Source of the DNA: a bacterium
GTDB lineage: Bacteria > Cyanobacteriota > Vampirovibrionia > Gastranaerophilales > JBAXKC01
Assembly (NCBI GenBank): GCA_037137535.1
Contig: JBAXKC010000001.1
Location: 1-64,000, forward strand
Direction: 5' to 3'
DNA length: 64,000 nucleotides
Part shown: positions 9,766 to 19,192 of the stretch, piece after piece
Layout of the letters: the number at the start of each line of letters is the position of its first letter
Position numbering within the stretch: the first letter of the stretch is position 1
Position numbers and translations under genes: made by a program
The notes under the pieces: model-generated
What the model saw: only the letters and a program-made list of their open reading frames with translations
Told to the model about the DNA's origin: nothing
The model's database searches: none

Positions 9766-10974
9766 ATGAAAAGAGCAATTATTGTAGTTATTGATTCTAT
9801 GGGGGCAGGAGCTATGCCTGATGCTCATGAATACAGTGATTTAGCGACCTGTAATACTTTAGGAAATGTTGCTAAATTTAATAACGGATTAAATGTTCCG
9901 ACTTTAGAAAAAATGGGATTAGGAAATATAACCGAAGTAATGGGAGTTGCTAAAGAAGATAAGCCAATAGCAAGCCATGGGATAATGATGGAAGTATCAA
10001 AAGGAAAAGATACAACAACAGGACATTGGGAAATAGCAGGATTAACTTTAGAAGAAGCATTTAGAACCTATCCTGACGGTTTCCCTTCTGAACTTAACGA
10101 AAAATTCATAAAAGAAACTGGTTGTGGCGGTATTCTAGCAAACATTCCTGCTTCAGGAACAGCTGTTATAAGCGATTTTGGTGAAGAACATGCCAGAACA
10201 AAATATCCTATCATTTATACAAGTGCAGACAGCGTTTACCAGATTGCCTGTCATGTTGATGTAATTCCTCTTGAAACACTTTATAAATGGTGCGAAATAG
10301 CAAGAAAACTTCTTGACGAAAAAGACTATAATGTAAGCAGAGTAATTGCCAGACCATTTACAGGAACTAGCGGAAACTATAAAAGACTATCTGCTGACAG
10401 AAGAGATTATTCAGTTCCACCTTTTGAGCCTACTATTTTAACAAAAGTAGAAGAAGCAGGCGGATATGTAATCGGTATTGGAAAAATAGAAGATATTTTT
10501 GTTAAATGCGGTGTAACACATGCTATTCATACAGGAACAAACAAGGAAGGCATAGAGATTACATTAAAAGCTCTTAATAAAACCTTAAATCTTAATGAAA
10601 TAGCAATAAAAGAAGTTGCGGCAAGTGCTGAGAAACAAATTATTTTTACCAATCTTGTAGATACTGATATGCTTTTCGGACATAGAAACGACCCTAAAGG
10701 CTACGCAAATGCAATTGAAGAAATAGACGCTCACATGCCTGAGATTCTAAAGAACTTATCAGAGGACGATCTTTTAATAATAACTGCTGACCATGGTTGC
10801 GATCCTACTGTTCCTGGAACTGATCACACGAGAGAAATGGTTCCTGTACTTGTTTATAACTCTAAACTTGAACCAAAAGATCTTGGAACAAGAAAATCTT
10901 TTGCTGATATTGCGAAAACTGTTTCAGTATGGCTTGATACCCCTTACGAATGTAGTGGAACATCATTAATTTAA
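9766..10974 (+). CDS. deoB: Phosphopentomutase
   Basis: DSMGAGAMPDA, GKDTTTGHWE, YTSADSVYQIA, RVIARPF, TADHGCDPT, DHTRE. Confidence 0.97.
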   Translation: MKRAIIVVIDSMGAGAMPDAHEYSDLATCNTLGNVAKFNNGLNVPTLEKMGLGNITEVMGVAKEDKPIASHGIMMEVSKGKDTTTGHWEIAGLTLEEAFRTYPDGFPSELNEKFIKETGCGGILANIPASGTAVISDFGEEHARTKYPIIYTSADSVYQIACHVDVIPLETLYKWCEIARKLLDEKDYNVSRVIARPFTGTSGNYKRLSADRRDYSVPPFEPTILTKVEEAGGYVIGIGKIEDIFVKCGVTHAIHTGTNKEGIEITLKALNKTLNLNEIAIKEVAASAEKQIIFTNLVDTDMLFGHRNDPKGYANAIEEIDAHMPEILKNLSEDDLLIITADHGCDPTVPGTDHTREMVPVLVYNSKLEPKDLGTRKSFADIAKTVSVWLDTPYECSGTSLI

Positions 10975-11066
10975 AATTTACCGAATTGGTTATTTGTATT
11001 TTATTTAGTTTTAAGTATAATACAGTTGTTAAAATTAATCTTTTATATAACTAGGAGGATTTATCC

Positions 11067-11246
11067 ATGAAAGTTAAAATCGAAGAAGGTTGCATTACTT
11101 GTGGCGCTTGTGAATCAATTTGTGACGCTGTGTTCACAGTTGAAGATACAGTAATTGTTAATGAAGCTGCTATTGCAGGAAATGAAGATGCAGTAAAAGA
11201 AGCTGCTGATGCTTGCCCTGTATCAGTAATCATTATCGAAGAGTAA
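11067..11246 (+). CDS. Monocluster [4Fe-4S] ferredoxin, 59 aa (missing from ORF track)
   Basis: AGGAGG RBS; MKVKIEEGCITCGACESICDAVFTVEDTVIVNEAAIAGNEDAVKEAADACPVSVIIIEE (CxxCxxC...CP). Confidence 0.95.
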   Translation: MKVKIEEGCITCGACESICDAVFTVEDTVIVNEAAIAGNEDAVKEAADACPVSVIIIEE

Positions 11247-11268
11247 TCTTTACACTATAAAAACACTT

Positions 11269-11307
11269 TAATACACCTTTCTTTATTTAATGATGAAAGG
11301 TGTATTA
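11269..11307. terminator. Terminator hairpin between ferredoxin and CBS genes
   Basis: TAATACACCTTTC / GAAAGGTGTATTA arms followed by a T-run. Confidence 0.75.
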
Positions 11308-11318
11308 TTTTTTATATA

Positions 11319-11783
11319 TTATGCTGCTTTTTTATCCTCATCGGAGTTTGTTCTGGCAGCTAAGAGTTTAAGCAAATCAAAAGTGCTGACTATCCCAATT
11401 AATTTATCATATTTAATAACAAGCACTCTATGTATTTTATGCTCATACATAACTCTTGCCATTTCTTCTATTGAGTCATCGGGTGAAACAGTAACCAGCT
11501 CTTTTGTCATTATGGTATTTATCTGTTTATCAAAAAACCGTGTATCCTCAAACAAATTCATATTAAAATCAAAAATATACGGCGTAGAATAAAAGTTCTC
11601 TGAATCTTCTTTTTTTAATATATCAATGGAGCTTACAACTCCAACGACAAAATCATCCTTATCGACTACAGGAACTCCATATATATCATTTTCAGCAAAA
11701 ACCGAGACTAATTCTCTGATTTTCGCATATTCTTTAACTGCAATAACTTCTGTAGTCATAATATCTCTTACATAAAATTCCAT
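11319..11783 (-). CDS. CBS-domain pair protein
   Basis: VRDIMT, GVPVVD...GVVSSIDI, IMTKELVTVSPD, IGIVSTFDLL. Confidence 0.93.
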   Translation of the reverse strand: MEFYVRDIMTTEVIAVKEYAKIRELVSVFAENDIYGVPVVDKDDFVVGVVSSIDILKKEDSENFYSTPYIFDFNMNLFEDTRFFDKQINTIMTKELVTVSPDDSIEEMARVMYEHKIHRVLVIKYDKLIGIVSTFDLLKLLAARTNSDEDKKAA

Positions 11784-11929
11784 TAGCTAACCCCCCCGAT
11801 ATTAATTATATTAAATATCATTTCAGTAGACGAAATCATCCGTAAAATGTTCAATTTAAAGACTTATTTAGAAGAATAAAGCTAGTTACTTAGTTTTATA
11901 TTATAATATTTAAACTTGTACATATATCT

Positions 11930-13282
11930 ATGAGGCAAACAGATATGTTTTCCAAAAAAAGATTAATAATATTTATTGCATCCTCTATTCTACTTTTAGT
12001 TATAACCTATAATTTATTTTTCAACTTTATTAAAGTTTCAGGATATAAAATACAAAAACATGACGTATTAAACGGCATTACATCAACAGGAGTTGTAACT
12101 TCACCTGAAGAAATCCTTGTTGCACCTGATGTTACAAGTGTTATAAGCAAAAGATTATTTAGTGAAGATACTTATGTCAAAAAAGGTCAAATTCTTGCTT
12201 ATTTGAATACAGTCGGAGCAAAAGGGGCTTTAGAACAAGCTCAGAGCAATTATAACGCCAATTATTATGCTTTAAGAGATTTACAGACAGAACCAAGACT
12301 TCCTGTTCTTCAAATATCTAAAGAACAATATAATAGTGCCTCTGAAGATGTTAATATTTCACAAGACCAATTAAATAAAGCACAGGCAAAGCTAAATGAT
12401 GCCATACTTGAGGAAACTAAACTTCAAACACTCTATAAACAAGGTGCTATAAGTTTAAGAGATTATGAAAAATCCCAATATTCTGTAAAAGATGCACAAG
12501 AAGCAGTAAATATTGCAAAAAGGCAATTATTAACAACAAATATAGCCAAAGAAGAATCCAAACAAAATTATATCCTTGTTGAGGAAGGAACTAAAAAAGA
12601 AAAAATCTTATCTCAAAAAAGTAGTCTTGATGCCTCGAAAGGTAGCGTAATAGTTGCAAAAGATAACCTTGATTCACAAATTTTAAGAGCTCCTGTCGAC
12701 GGATATATCTCTGATAGACTATTAAATGCAGGCGAAGTTGCATCTCCTTCAAAACCTATTTTAAGAATGTTCCGAGTTGAAGACTTATATATAACCGCAA
12801 AAGTAGAAGAATTTGATATTAAAAATATTAAACTCGGACAAGATGCTGTTATTGTTTTTGATGCATACCCTGATAAAGCCTATACAGGTAAAGTTACGGC
12901 TATTGTTAAAAGTGTAAATAATATAACCGGTACATTTGATGTAAAAGTCAGATTAAATCCTCAAAAAGGACTTAAATATGTCCCTGGAATGACCTCTGAT
13001 GTTACCATAATTACAGAAAAGATAAAAAATGCGGAAATTATTCCAAGAAAATATGTATATGAAGAAAATGATCATAATTTTGTCTATGTACTTAATGGAA
13101 ACAAGGCTAAAAAGGAAAAAATAACAATTATTCCTTTTGATAACAGCAGAGTTCTTTTAACTTCACCTCTTCCTAATAACACAGTCATCTTATATGATGA
13201 GAATAAAAAAGTAAAAGATAACGTAAATGCTAAAGTTACAGACTATGACAGCATAGGCAATACAGACGGCAGAATAAAATAA
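11930..13282 (+). CDS. HlyD/MacA-type periplasmic adaptor (membrane fusion protein)
   Basis: TM anchor, VKKGQILA, long coiled coil, LRAPVDG, GMTSDV. Confidence 0.9.
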   Translation: MRQTDMFSKKRLIIFIASSILLLVITYNLFFNFIKVSGYKIQKHDVLNGITSTGVVTSPEEILVAPDVTSVISKRLFSEDTYVKKGQILAYLNTVGAKGALEQAQSNYNANYYALRDLQTEPRLPVLQISKEQYNSASEDVNISQDQLNKAQAKLNDAILEETKLQTLYKQGAISLRDYEKSQYSVKDAQEAVNIAKRQLLTTNIAKEESKQNYILVEEGTKKEKILSQKSSLDASKGSVIVAKDNLDSQILRAPVDGYISDRLLNAGEVASPSKPILRMFRVEDLYITAKVEEFDIKNIKLGQDAVIVFDAYPDKAYTGKVTAIVKSVNNITGTFDVKVRLNPQKGLKYVPGMTSDVTIITEKIKNAEIIPRKYVYEENDHNFVYVLNGNKAKKEKITIIPFDNSRVLLTSPLPNNTVILYDENKKVKDNVNAKVTDYDSIGNTDGRIK

Positions 13283-14523
13283 TGAATTTCTTTGAACTTT
13301 ATATTGCATGGAGATACATGACAGCTAATATAAGACAATCACTAATCATATTAGGGGCTGTCGGCATAGGAGTTTCCATTATTATTTTTGTTCCCTCAAT
13401 AAATTTAAGCTTTTTTAATGATTTAATTGATAAAAGTGTTGCAAGTGCCCCTAATATCACGATAACTAAAGAACTTGACACCTTTAACAACGATCAAATA
13501 ATTTTAGATGATAAATATAAAGGTAATATCTTACTTAAAGATCAAACTATAACGAGAAAAAGAAACATAAAATCTTATAAAAAAGTTTTAAGTGAAATTA
13601 AAGGAATAAAAGGTATTAATGCGGCTGCTCCATTTGTAAGCGGTCAGGGAATCGCTATTAGAGGAGCGCAGGAAATAGGTGTCAGCGTTAAAGGGATAGA
13701 TCCAAACCTTGAAACCAGAGTCGTTGATATAGAAAAAGATATTATAGAGGGTGGAATAAGAACTCTTACAATTGATGATGTTGTTATAGGCAATATGCTT
13801 GCAGATAAATTAAACGTAAAAATGGGCGATAGAATTACTATCTTTGGATCAAGAGGTGAATCTAAAACCGTAAAAATAACCGGAATCTTCTCAACAGGCT
13901 TACGGGCAAAGGATGAAGGTCAAGTTTATGTAAACCTTAAATCAGGGCAACAACTTTTTAGCCTTGAAAATGATGTTTCAGGTGTTGGAATAAAAATAGA
14001 CGATGTTTATGCCGCGAATAAAATAGCTGATGAAGTCCATGACGCTACTGGACTTAAGGCAGACAGCTGGATGGAAGATAATAAACAAATTTTAGAACAA
14101 GTTGCAAGATTTAAGGTAATTATTGCTTTTATTAACTTTCTCATAATATTTGCAGCAGCAACTAGCATTACAAGTGTTTTAGTTATGATGATTGCTTCAA
14201 AATCTAAAGAAATAGGAATTTTAAAGTCTATTGGAGCAAGAAGCTTTTCAATTATGATTATTTTTGTCGGACAAGCTATATTTTTAGGTATATTAGGATA
14301 TTGTGTAGGAATAATAGGAGCTAAGTTGCTTATAGCAATGTATTCTTCTGTTATAAGCCACTCAAGCGGAACTTTCCTTACTACCAAAATACCTGTAATT
14401 AAATTAAACATACAATATGCTGTTATTGCCTTTATTTATTCAGTCGTTACAAGTATTTTTGCCAGTATAATCCCTGCATATCAGGCAGCAAAGTTAAATC
14501 CCGTTGAGGCGATAAATGCTTAA
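13282..14523 (+). CDS. FtsX/LolC-E/MacB-family ABC permease
   Basis: KEIGILKSIGA, PAYQAAKLNPVEAI. Confidence 0.92.
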   Translation: MNFFELYIAWRYMTANIRQSLIILGAVGIGVSIIIFVPSINLSFFNDLIDKSVASAPNITITKELDTFNNDQIILDDKYKGNILLKDQTITRKRNIKSYKKVLSEIKGIKGINAAAPFVSGQGIAIRGAQEIGVSVKGIDPNLETRVVDIEKDIIEGGIRTLTIDDVVIGNMLADKLNVKMGDRITIFGSRGESKTVKITGIFSTGLRAKDEGQVYVNLKSGQQLFSLENDVSGVGIKIDDVYAANKIADEVHDATGLKADSWMEDNKQILEQVARFKVIIAFINFLIIFAAATSITSVLVMMIASKSKEIGILKSIGARSFSIMIIFVGQAIFLGILGYCVGIIGAKLLIAMYSSVISHSSGTFLTTKIPVIKLNIQYAVIAFIYSVVTSIFASIIPAYQAAKLNPVEAINA

Positions 14524-15211
14524 TAAAGAATTAATAAAACTAGAAAATATTTATAAAATATATCCTGCCGCTCAACCTATACATGCACTTGACGGAGTAA
14601 ATCTTACTATTCAAAAAGGTGAATTTATGAGCATAGTCGGTCCTAGTGGCTCAGGGAAAAGTACACTTATGAATGTACTCGGGCTTTTAGATAAACCGAC
14701 ATCGGGCAAACTTTTTTATTCTTCGCAAGAAACCTCTAAATGGGACGAAACACAAAAAGCGAACTTCAGAAATAAAGAAATAGGTTTTATTTTTCAAGCA
14801 CATTTGCTTTTACCTGAGTTTACAGCAGTTGAAAATGTTCTTATGCCAACATTTATAGGCAGAAACTTCAATAAAGAAAAATTTGAAACAGCAAAAGAAA
14901 TATTAAACTCCGTAGGACTGGGCAATAGAATAAACAATAGACCCTCACAGCTATCAGGCGGACAAAACCAACGGGTAGCAATAGCAAGAGCATTAATGAA
15001 CAATCCTTCGGTTGTCTTTGCAGATGAGCCGACAGGGGCTTTAGATCAGAAAACTTCAGGTGAAATTTATAATTTATTCAGAAAAATCAATGCGGAACGC
15101 CAAATGACCTTTGTTATCGTTACTCATGAAAGAGGTTTTGCAGAAAAAACCGATAGAATAATCAATATTGTTGACGGAAAAATTGTTGATGATGAAAATA
15201 AAAAGGCTTAA
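14516..15211 (+). CDS. LolD/MacB-type ABC ATPase
   Basis: GPSGSGKST, IGFIFQ, LSGGQNQRVAIARAL, ADEPTG. Confidence 0.95.
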   Translation: MLNKELIKLENIYKIYPAAQPIHALDGVNLTIQKGEFMSIVGPSGSGKSTLMNVLGLLDKPTSGKLFYSSQETSKWDETQKANFRNKEIGFIFQAHLLLPEFTAVENVLMPTFIGRNFNKEKFETAKEILNSVGLGNRINNRPSQLSGGQNQRVAIARALMNNPSVVFADEPTGALDQKTSGEIYNLFRKINAERQMTFVIVTHERGFAEKTDRIINIVDGKIVDDENKKA

Positions 15212-15567
15212 CCGCAATAAATATCTTCATGATGAATAATTTCAGGTGTTTTGCGTAAAATAACCGAAACAGCATCAAATCTACAGCCTAAATCATTTGG
15301 TAATGTATTTTCTGACAGATACACTTCTGCTAATTTATATATTTTTTTAATTTTTGAAGGTGTTATCGCCTCGATAGGTTCGCCAAAAAAAGCTGAAGTT
15401 CTTGTTTTTACTTCGATAAAGACAAGCTGATTATTGTTTTTCGCAATTATGTCTATCTCTCCAAGACGAGAATATCGCCAATTTCTTTCTATGACTGTAT
15501 AACCTATATCTTGAAGGTATTTAACGGCTAAATCTTCACCTAATTTTCCTTTAACTATTTTTGACAT
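15208..15567 (-). CDS. yraN: YraN (UPF0102) family putative endonuclease
   Basis: GEDLA, ERNWR, GEIDII, FIEVKTR, RFD. Confidence 0.93.
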   Translation of the reverse strand: MSKIVKGKLGEDLAVKYLQDIGYTVIERNWRYSRLGEIDIIAKNNNQLVFIEVKTRTSAFFGEPIEAITPSKIKKIYKLAEVYLSENTLPNDLGCRFDAVSVILRKTPEIIHHEDIYCG

Positions 15568-15604
15568 TTTAATTCTTTCTTTTACTCTTTATTGTATTTC
15601 AAAC

Positions 15605-15722
15605 AAAAAAAAACCGGCTGTCACCGGTCGAGTCTACCACATATTAGAGAGAGAGGAATTAGAGAGAAGGATTAAAGGAAGTATATCACTTTTTATTTAT
15701 TTCCCAGTTTTGGATATTTCAA
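15605..15722 (-). ncRNA. Candidate ~120-nt small RNA with CU-rich repeats
   Basis: Extended -10 TGATATAAT at 15737-15729; three CCT..TAAT units; GC hairpin ACCGGTGACAGCCGGT plus T-run. Confidence 0.5.
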
Positions 15723-15938
15723 ACCACCATTATATCATTTGTTAATTTTTTTTAACAAACATTAATTGTTTTTAAAATTCAAATAATACTGAAAATGCAA
15801 ATAAACTCTAGGTTTTTAAATAATATCCAAAAATTAATTTTAAAATTCTATTATTTTTAATCAAAATAAAAACAATTATCATTTGCTCAAATACTTTATA
15901 TATACAGAGGAAGAATTTTATAGGGGACGAGGAAATTT

Positions 15939-16109
15939 ATGATTAATGAAATGTTAAATCTGAATGTAGAAATTAAACTTGAAGCTGTTAAAAAAGCATC
16001 TACATCCAAAAATATGGAAATAAAGGCAATGATTCGCAAACCTGATCTTTGTTATGATCTTGAACACGTTTTAGACAGAATCAGCACAACAGTAAATAGC
16101 AAAATTTAA
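15939..16109 (+). CDS. Small hypothetical protein, 56 aa (missing from ORF track)
   Basis: GAGGA RBS; MINEMLNLNVEIKLEAVKKASTSKNMEIKAMIRKPDLCYDLEHVLDRISTTVNSKI; terminator directly after the stop. Confidence 0.7.
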   Translation: MINEMLNLNVEIKLEAVKKASTSKNMEIKAMIRKPDLCYDLEHVLDRISTTVNSKI

Positions 16110-16113
16110 GATT

Positions 16114-16135
16114 AAAGCCCCAAATTTGGGGCTTT
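16114..16135. terminator. Bidirectional terminator (perfect 22-bp palindrome)
   Basis: AAAGCCCCAAATTTGGGGCTTT between convergent genes. Confidence 0.85.
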
Positions 16136-16137
16136 TC

Positions 16138-17097
16138 TTATTTTAAAAGATTTTCAATTTTTGTTTTGACTTTTTCACCAAGATATGTCAATCCCGGAGT
16201 TGCAGGAATAGTAATAATTCCATTCTCATTACATAGCCTGATAAGCGTTACAACCGCATTTATAACTTCATCATTCTGCTCTGAAGCCTTATGGTTCAAA
16301 TCATACATTACTCTTTTTATGCCAATGCTTTTAGCTCTTTTAGCAAAAAGCTCAACTTCATGAAGATTTTCCTGCATAACAATATATTTAACGGTAAAAG
16401 CAGGCTGTAACTTAGCATATTTTTCTAAATTTGACCAAACTTTATCAGAACAATCAACTCCTTTTATTTTATGATAAGTTTCTCTTGTCGCTGAATCAAC
16501 GCTACAAGTCATATCAGAACCTTCTTTCAATGGATGATTACTAAGATATTCAGATAATTTTACACCGTTTGTATTTAATCTTTGACGAAAATTACCTTCT
16601 GTATTAAAAAAATCAATCAACTCTTCAAATTCTTTTAATATGGTAGGTTCTCCCCCGCCCCAAAAGATAAAGGAATCGGGAGAAAGCTGTTTATTTTCAT
16701 ATAACTCTTTTATTACAGGAAATAAATTATAAACTTGTCCAAAATTTTCTGAAACAAAGCCCTCATCACTGTTATAGCAATAAAAACATTTTAACTGACA
16801 ATGTGCAGTATGAGTAATTGTCAACTTATTGAACAAATATTTGTTTTCTCTCCATTTTTTTAAAGTTAAATTACCGCATCCCCTACAATTATTGCTTCTT
16901 TCAGGAGTTTGATTTAACTGTCTGATTTTTTCTTTTCTTTCAAGTATTTTTTGAATAGGCAGTTCTCCGCCATTATAAGGAATAATACCTTCACCCGACT
17001 TATCAAAACTGCAACAACACATTGTAACGCCAATTCTGTCAAAGGAAAGACCGTCCTCTAGTATAGAACAGCTGTAAAACTCTTTATTATAGTCCAT
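16138..17097 (-). CDS. Radical SAM protein with N-terminal Cys-rich (SPASM/twitch-like) region
   Basis: CQLKCFYC, GGGEPT, LNTNG, SVDS; extra N-terminal C-x12-G-x3-CCC and CRGC. Confidence 0.9.
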   Translation of the reverse strand: MDYNKEFYSCSILEDGLSFDRIGVTMCCCSFDKSGEGIIPYNGGELPIQKILERKEKIRQLNQTPERSNNCRGCGNLTLKKWRENKYLFNKLTITHTAHCQLKCFYCYNSDEGFVSENFGQVYNLFPVIKELYENKQLSPDSFIFWGGGEPTILKEFEELIDFFNTEGNFRQRLNTNGVKLSEYLSNHPLKEGSDMTCSVDSATRETYHKIKGVDCSDKVWSNLEKYAKLQPAFTVKYIVMQENLHEVELFAKRAKSIGIKRVMYDLNHKASEQNDEVINAVVTLIRLCNENGIITIPATPGLTYLGEKVKTKIENLLK

Positions 17098-17164
17098 ATT
17101 CAATATCCTTCAGCTATAGCACCCATTAAACACCAATCATAATTTATCAAACATTATTTTTCAA

Positions 17165-17189
17165 TAAAAAATCCGCAAATTATTGCGGA
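17165..17189 (-). terminator. Stem-loop plus T-run between the 52-aa ORF and the radical SAM gene
   Basis: Minus strand TCCGCAA-taat-TTGCGGA-TTTTTT. Confidence 0.6.
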
Positions 17190-17218
17190 AATCCCCATTT
17201 TTATCCTCCCTAAAGCCT

Positions 17219-17377
17219 TTAAGCTATTATTCTTTTTTCAGGATAATAAACATAATTTTTTATAACATTTTGATTTGGAGCTGTCATATATGGATTTGTC
17301 TGCTCAAATACATTATTAATTCTTGTGACGGTAGCTTTTATTGGTTTACGCTCAACTAATGAGTTTACTTTATTCAT
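17219..17377 (-). CDS. Small hypothetical protein, 52 aa (missing from ORF track)
   Basis: GGGAG RBS; MNKVNSLVERKPIKATVTRINNVFEQTNPYMTAPNQNVIKNYVYYPEKRIIA. Confidence 0.65.
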   Translation of the reverse strand: MNKVNSLVERKPIKATVTRINNVFEQTNPYMTAPNQNVIKNYVYYPEKRIIA

Positions 17378-17592
17378 TATATATACTCCCAACAACCCAA
17401 TCCCAATTAAATTCTCATACTTTTGTTTGATTGATTACCTTATTATTTTTGCTTATTCGTAACCTTTCTACATCAACCGTAGGATTTAATATTTAAAATT
17501 AGATTTTAAAACCTATGGACTAGACCAAATGGGGTAGATGACTTAAAATATACGCAGAAGCTATAAATTTGGATATCATGCAAAGGAAAACA

Positions 17593-19152
17593 ATGAAAAA
17601 GATAAATTTTCGTTTTATTACAGGATTATTAATTGCTCTCTTCTTCGGGCATATAAATGCATTTGCAAATCAAACGCTTATAATTTTACACACCAACGAC
17701 ATCCATGGAAGACTCGCTCCCATAGACTATTCTGAAAAATTAATTAACGTCGGCGGACAGGCAAGAAGAAACTCAATAATCAAAAAAATAAAAAGTGAAA
17801 ATAAAAATGTCCTTGTATTAGATGGAGGCGACATTGCCCAAGGCTCTTTATATTATAGCTTTTACGGACCTATTCCAAATATAGAATATATGAATAACGC
17901 AGGTTATGATGCTTCGGCTGTTGGTAACCATGAGTTTGACAGAGGAATAAATGATTTTCAAAGCTCTATAAAATGTGCTAAATTTCCGTTTTTAGCCTCA
18001 AATTTACACTTTAAAAAACACAAAGAACTTAATTGTTTAATTAAGGATTATCTTATAAAAGATGTTAATGGATTTAAAATAGGGATTATCGGTGTTACAA
18101 CACCGGAATTTGCTACAAAAACTAAAGCTCCGGATGATACAATAGTTCTTTCACCTGAAAAAGCTATTAATCACTCACTAAAAGAACTTAAAAATAAAAC
18201 AGATTATAATATCGTACTTTCACATATGGGAATTGATGAAGAAAAAAAAATAGCGGCAAAACTGAAAAATATTGACCTAATAGTCGGTGGTCATTCTCAT
18301 ACAATGATTCAACAGCCAATAATTATTGAGAACAAACAAAATAAAACATTTATAGTTCAAGATTGGCAATGGGGAATGTACATAGGAGAATTAACCCTTG
18401 ATTTTAATGATAACAATAAGTTAAACAGCTATAAATATGAATTAATACCAGTAGATAAAAACAGCCCCGAGGATAAAACCGTAAAAGACAGTGTTGATAA
18501 ACTTACAAAAGAAATTAAAGAAAAAACCGCTATAGTGTTAACTAAATTAAATCAACCGTTAGATGCAAGAAGATCGATATTAACGCATACACAAAGCCCC
18601 GCAGGACAACTCATGACAATGGCAATAAAAGACAAATATCCACAAGTCGATATAGTTTTACAGAACAATGCAGGAATCAGAGCCGACAAAATCTTCAAAG
18701 ACAAATTAAGCTTAGGCGATTTAATGGAATTATATCCTTTTGAAAACAACATCATACTTACTAATATTTCAGGTAAAGAATTAAAATCTGTTCTTGAAAC
18801 TTCCTCAAGGTCATTGCCAACAGGAAATAGTGGCTATCTGCAAGCCTATGGAGTAGAATATAAAGTTGATACAACAAAACAGCCGCAACTTTTATCAAAA
18901 GACGGCAAAAAAATCATAAAAGAAGGAAAAAGAGTTTCCGATATAAAAATAAACGGCATAGCTATTAATAATAAAAAAGAATATTTAGTTGCAATAAACG
19001 ATTATATGGCAAATGGCGGAGACGGATACAACCAGTTTAAAAAAGATCATAAAATGACAAATACCGGAGTTTATACTCGTGATATTATTATAGAGTATAT
19101 AAAAAAACATTCTCCCTTAACTCTTGAAACTCAAGAAAAAAATAACAGATAA
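17593..19152 (+). CDS. Exported bifunctional metallophosphatase / 5'-nucleotidase (UshA-like)
   Basis: Signal peptide; HTNDIHG, DGGD, GNHEFD, GGHSH, GIRA, YPFEN, GGDGY. Confidence 0.93.
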   Translation: MKKINFRFITGLLIALFFGHINAFANQTLIILHTNDIHGRLAPIDYSEKLINVGGQARRNSIIKKIKSENKNVLVLDGGDIAQGSLYYSFYGPIPNIEYMNNAGYDASAVGNHEFDRGINDFQSSIKCAKFPFLASNLHFKKHKELNCLIKDYLIKDVNGFKIGIIGVTTPEFATKTKAPDDTIVLSPEKAINHSLKELKNKTDYNIVLSHMGIDEEKKIAAKLKNIDLIVGGHSHTMIQQPIIIENKQNKTFIVQDWQWGMYIGELTLDFNDNNKLNSYKYELIPVDKNSPEDKTVKDSVDKLTKEIKEKTAIVLTKLNQPLDARRSILTHTQSPAGQLMTMAIKDKYPQVDIVLQNNAGIRADKIFKDKLSLGDLMELYPFENNIILTNISGKELKSVLETSSRSLPTGNSGYLQAYGVEYKVDTTKQPQLLSKDGKKIIKEGKRVSDIKINGIAINNKKEYLVAINDYMANGGDGYNQFKKDHKMTNTGVYTRDIIIEYIKKHSPLTLETQEKNNR

Positions 19153-19192
19153 AACTATAATATTGCTGACTAATAACTTTTTTGAGGAAATT

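Noticed and set aside
11051-11233. 60-aa minus-strand ORF from the track
   Set aside because: Antisense shadow of the plus-strand ferredoxin, which has an RBS and a clear motif
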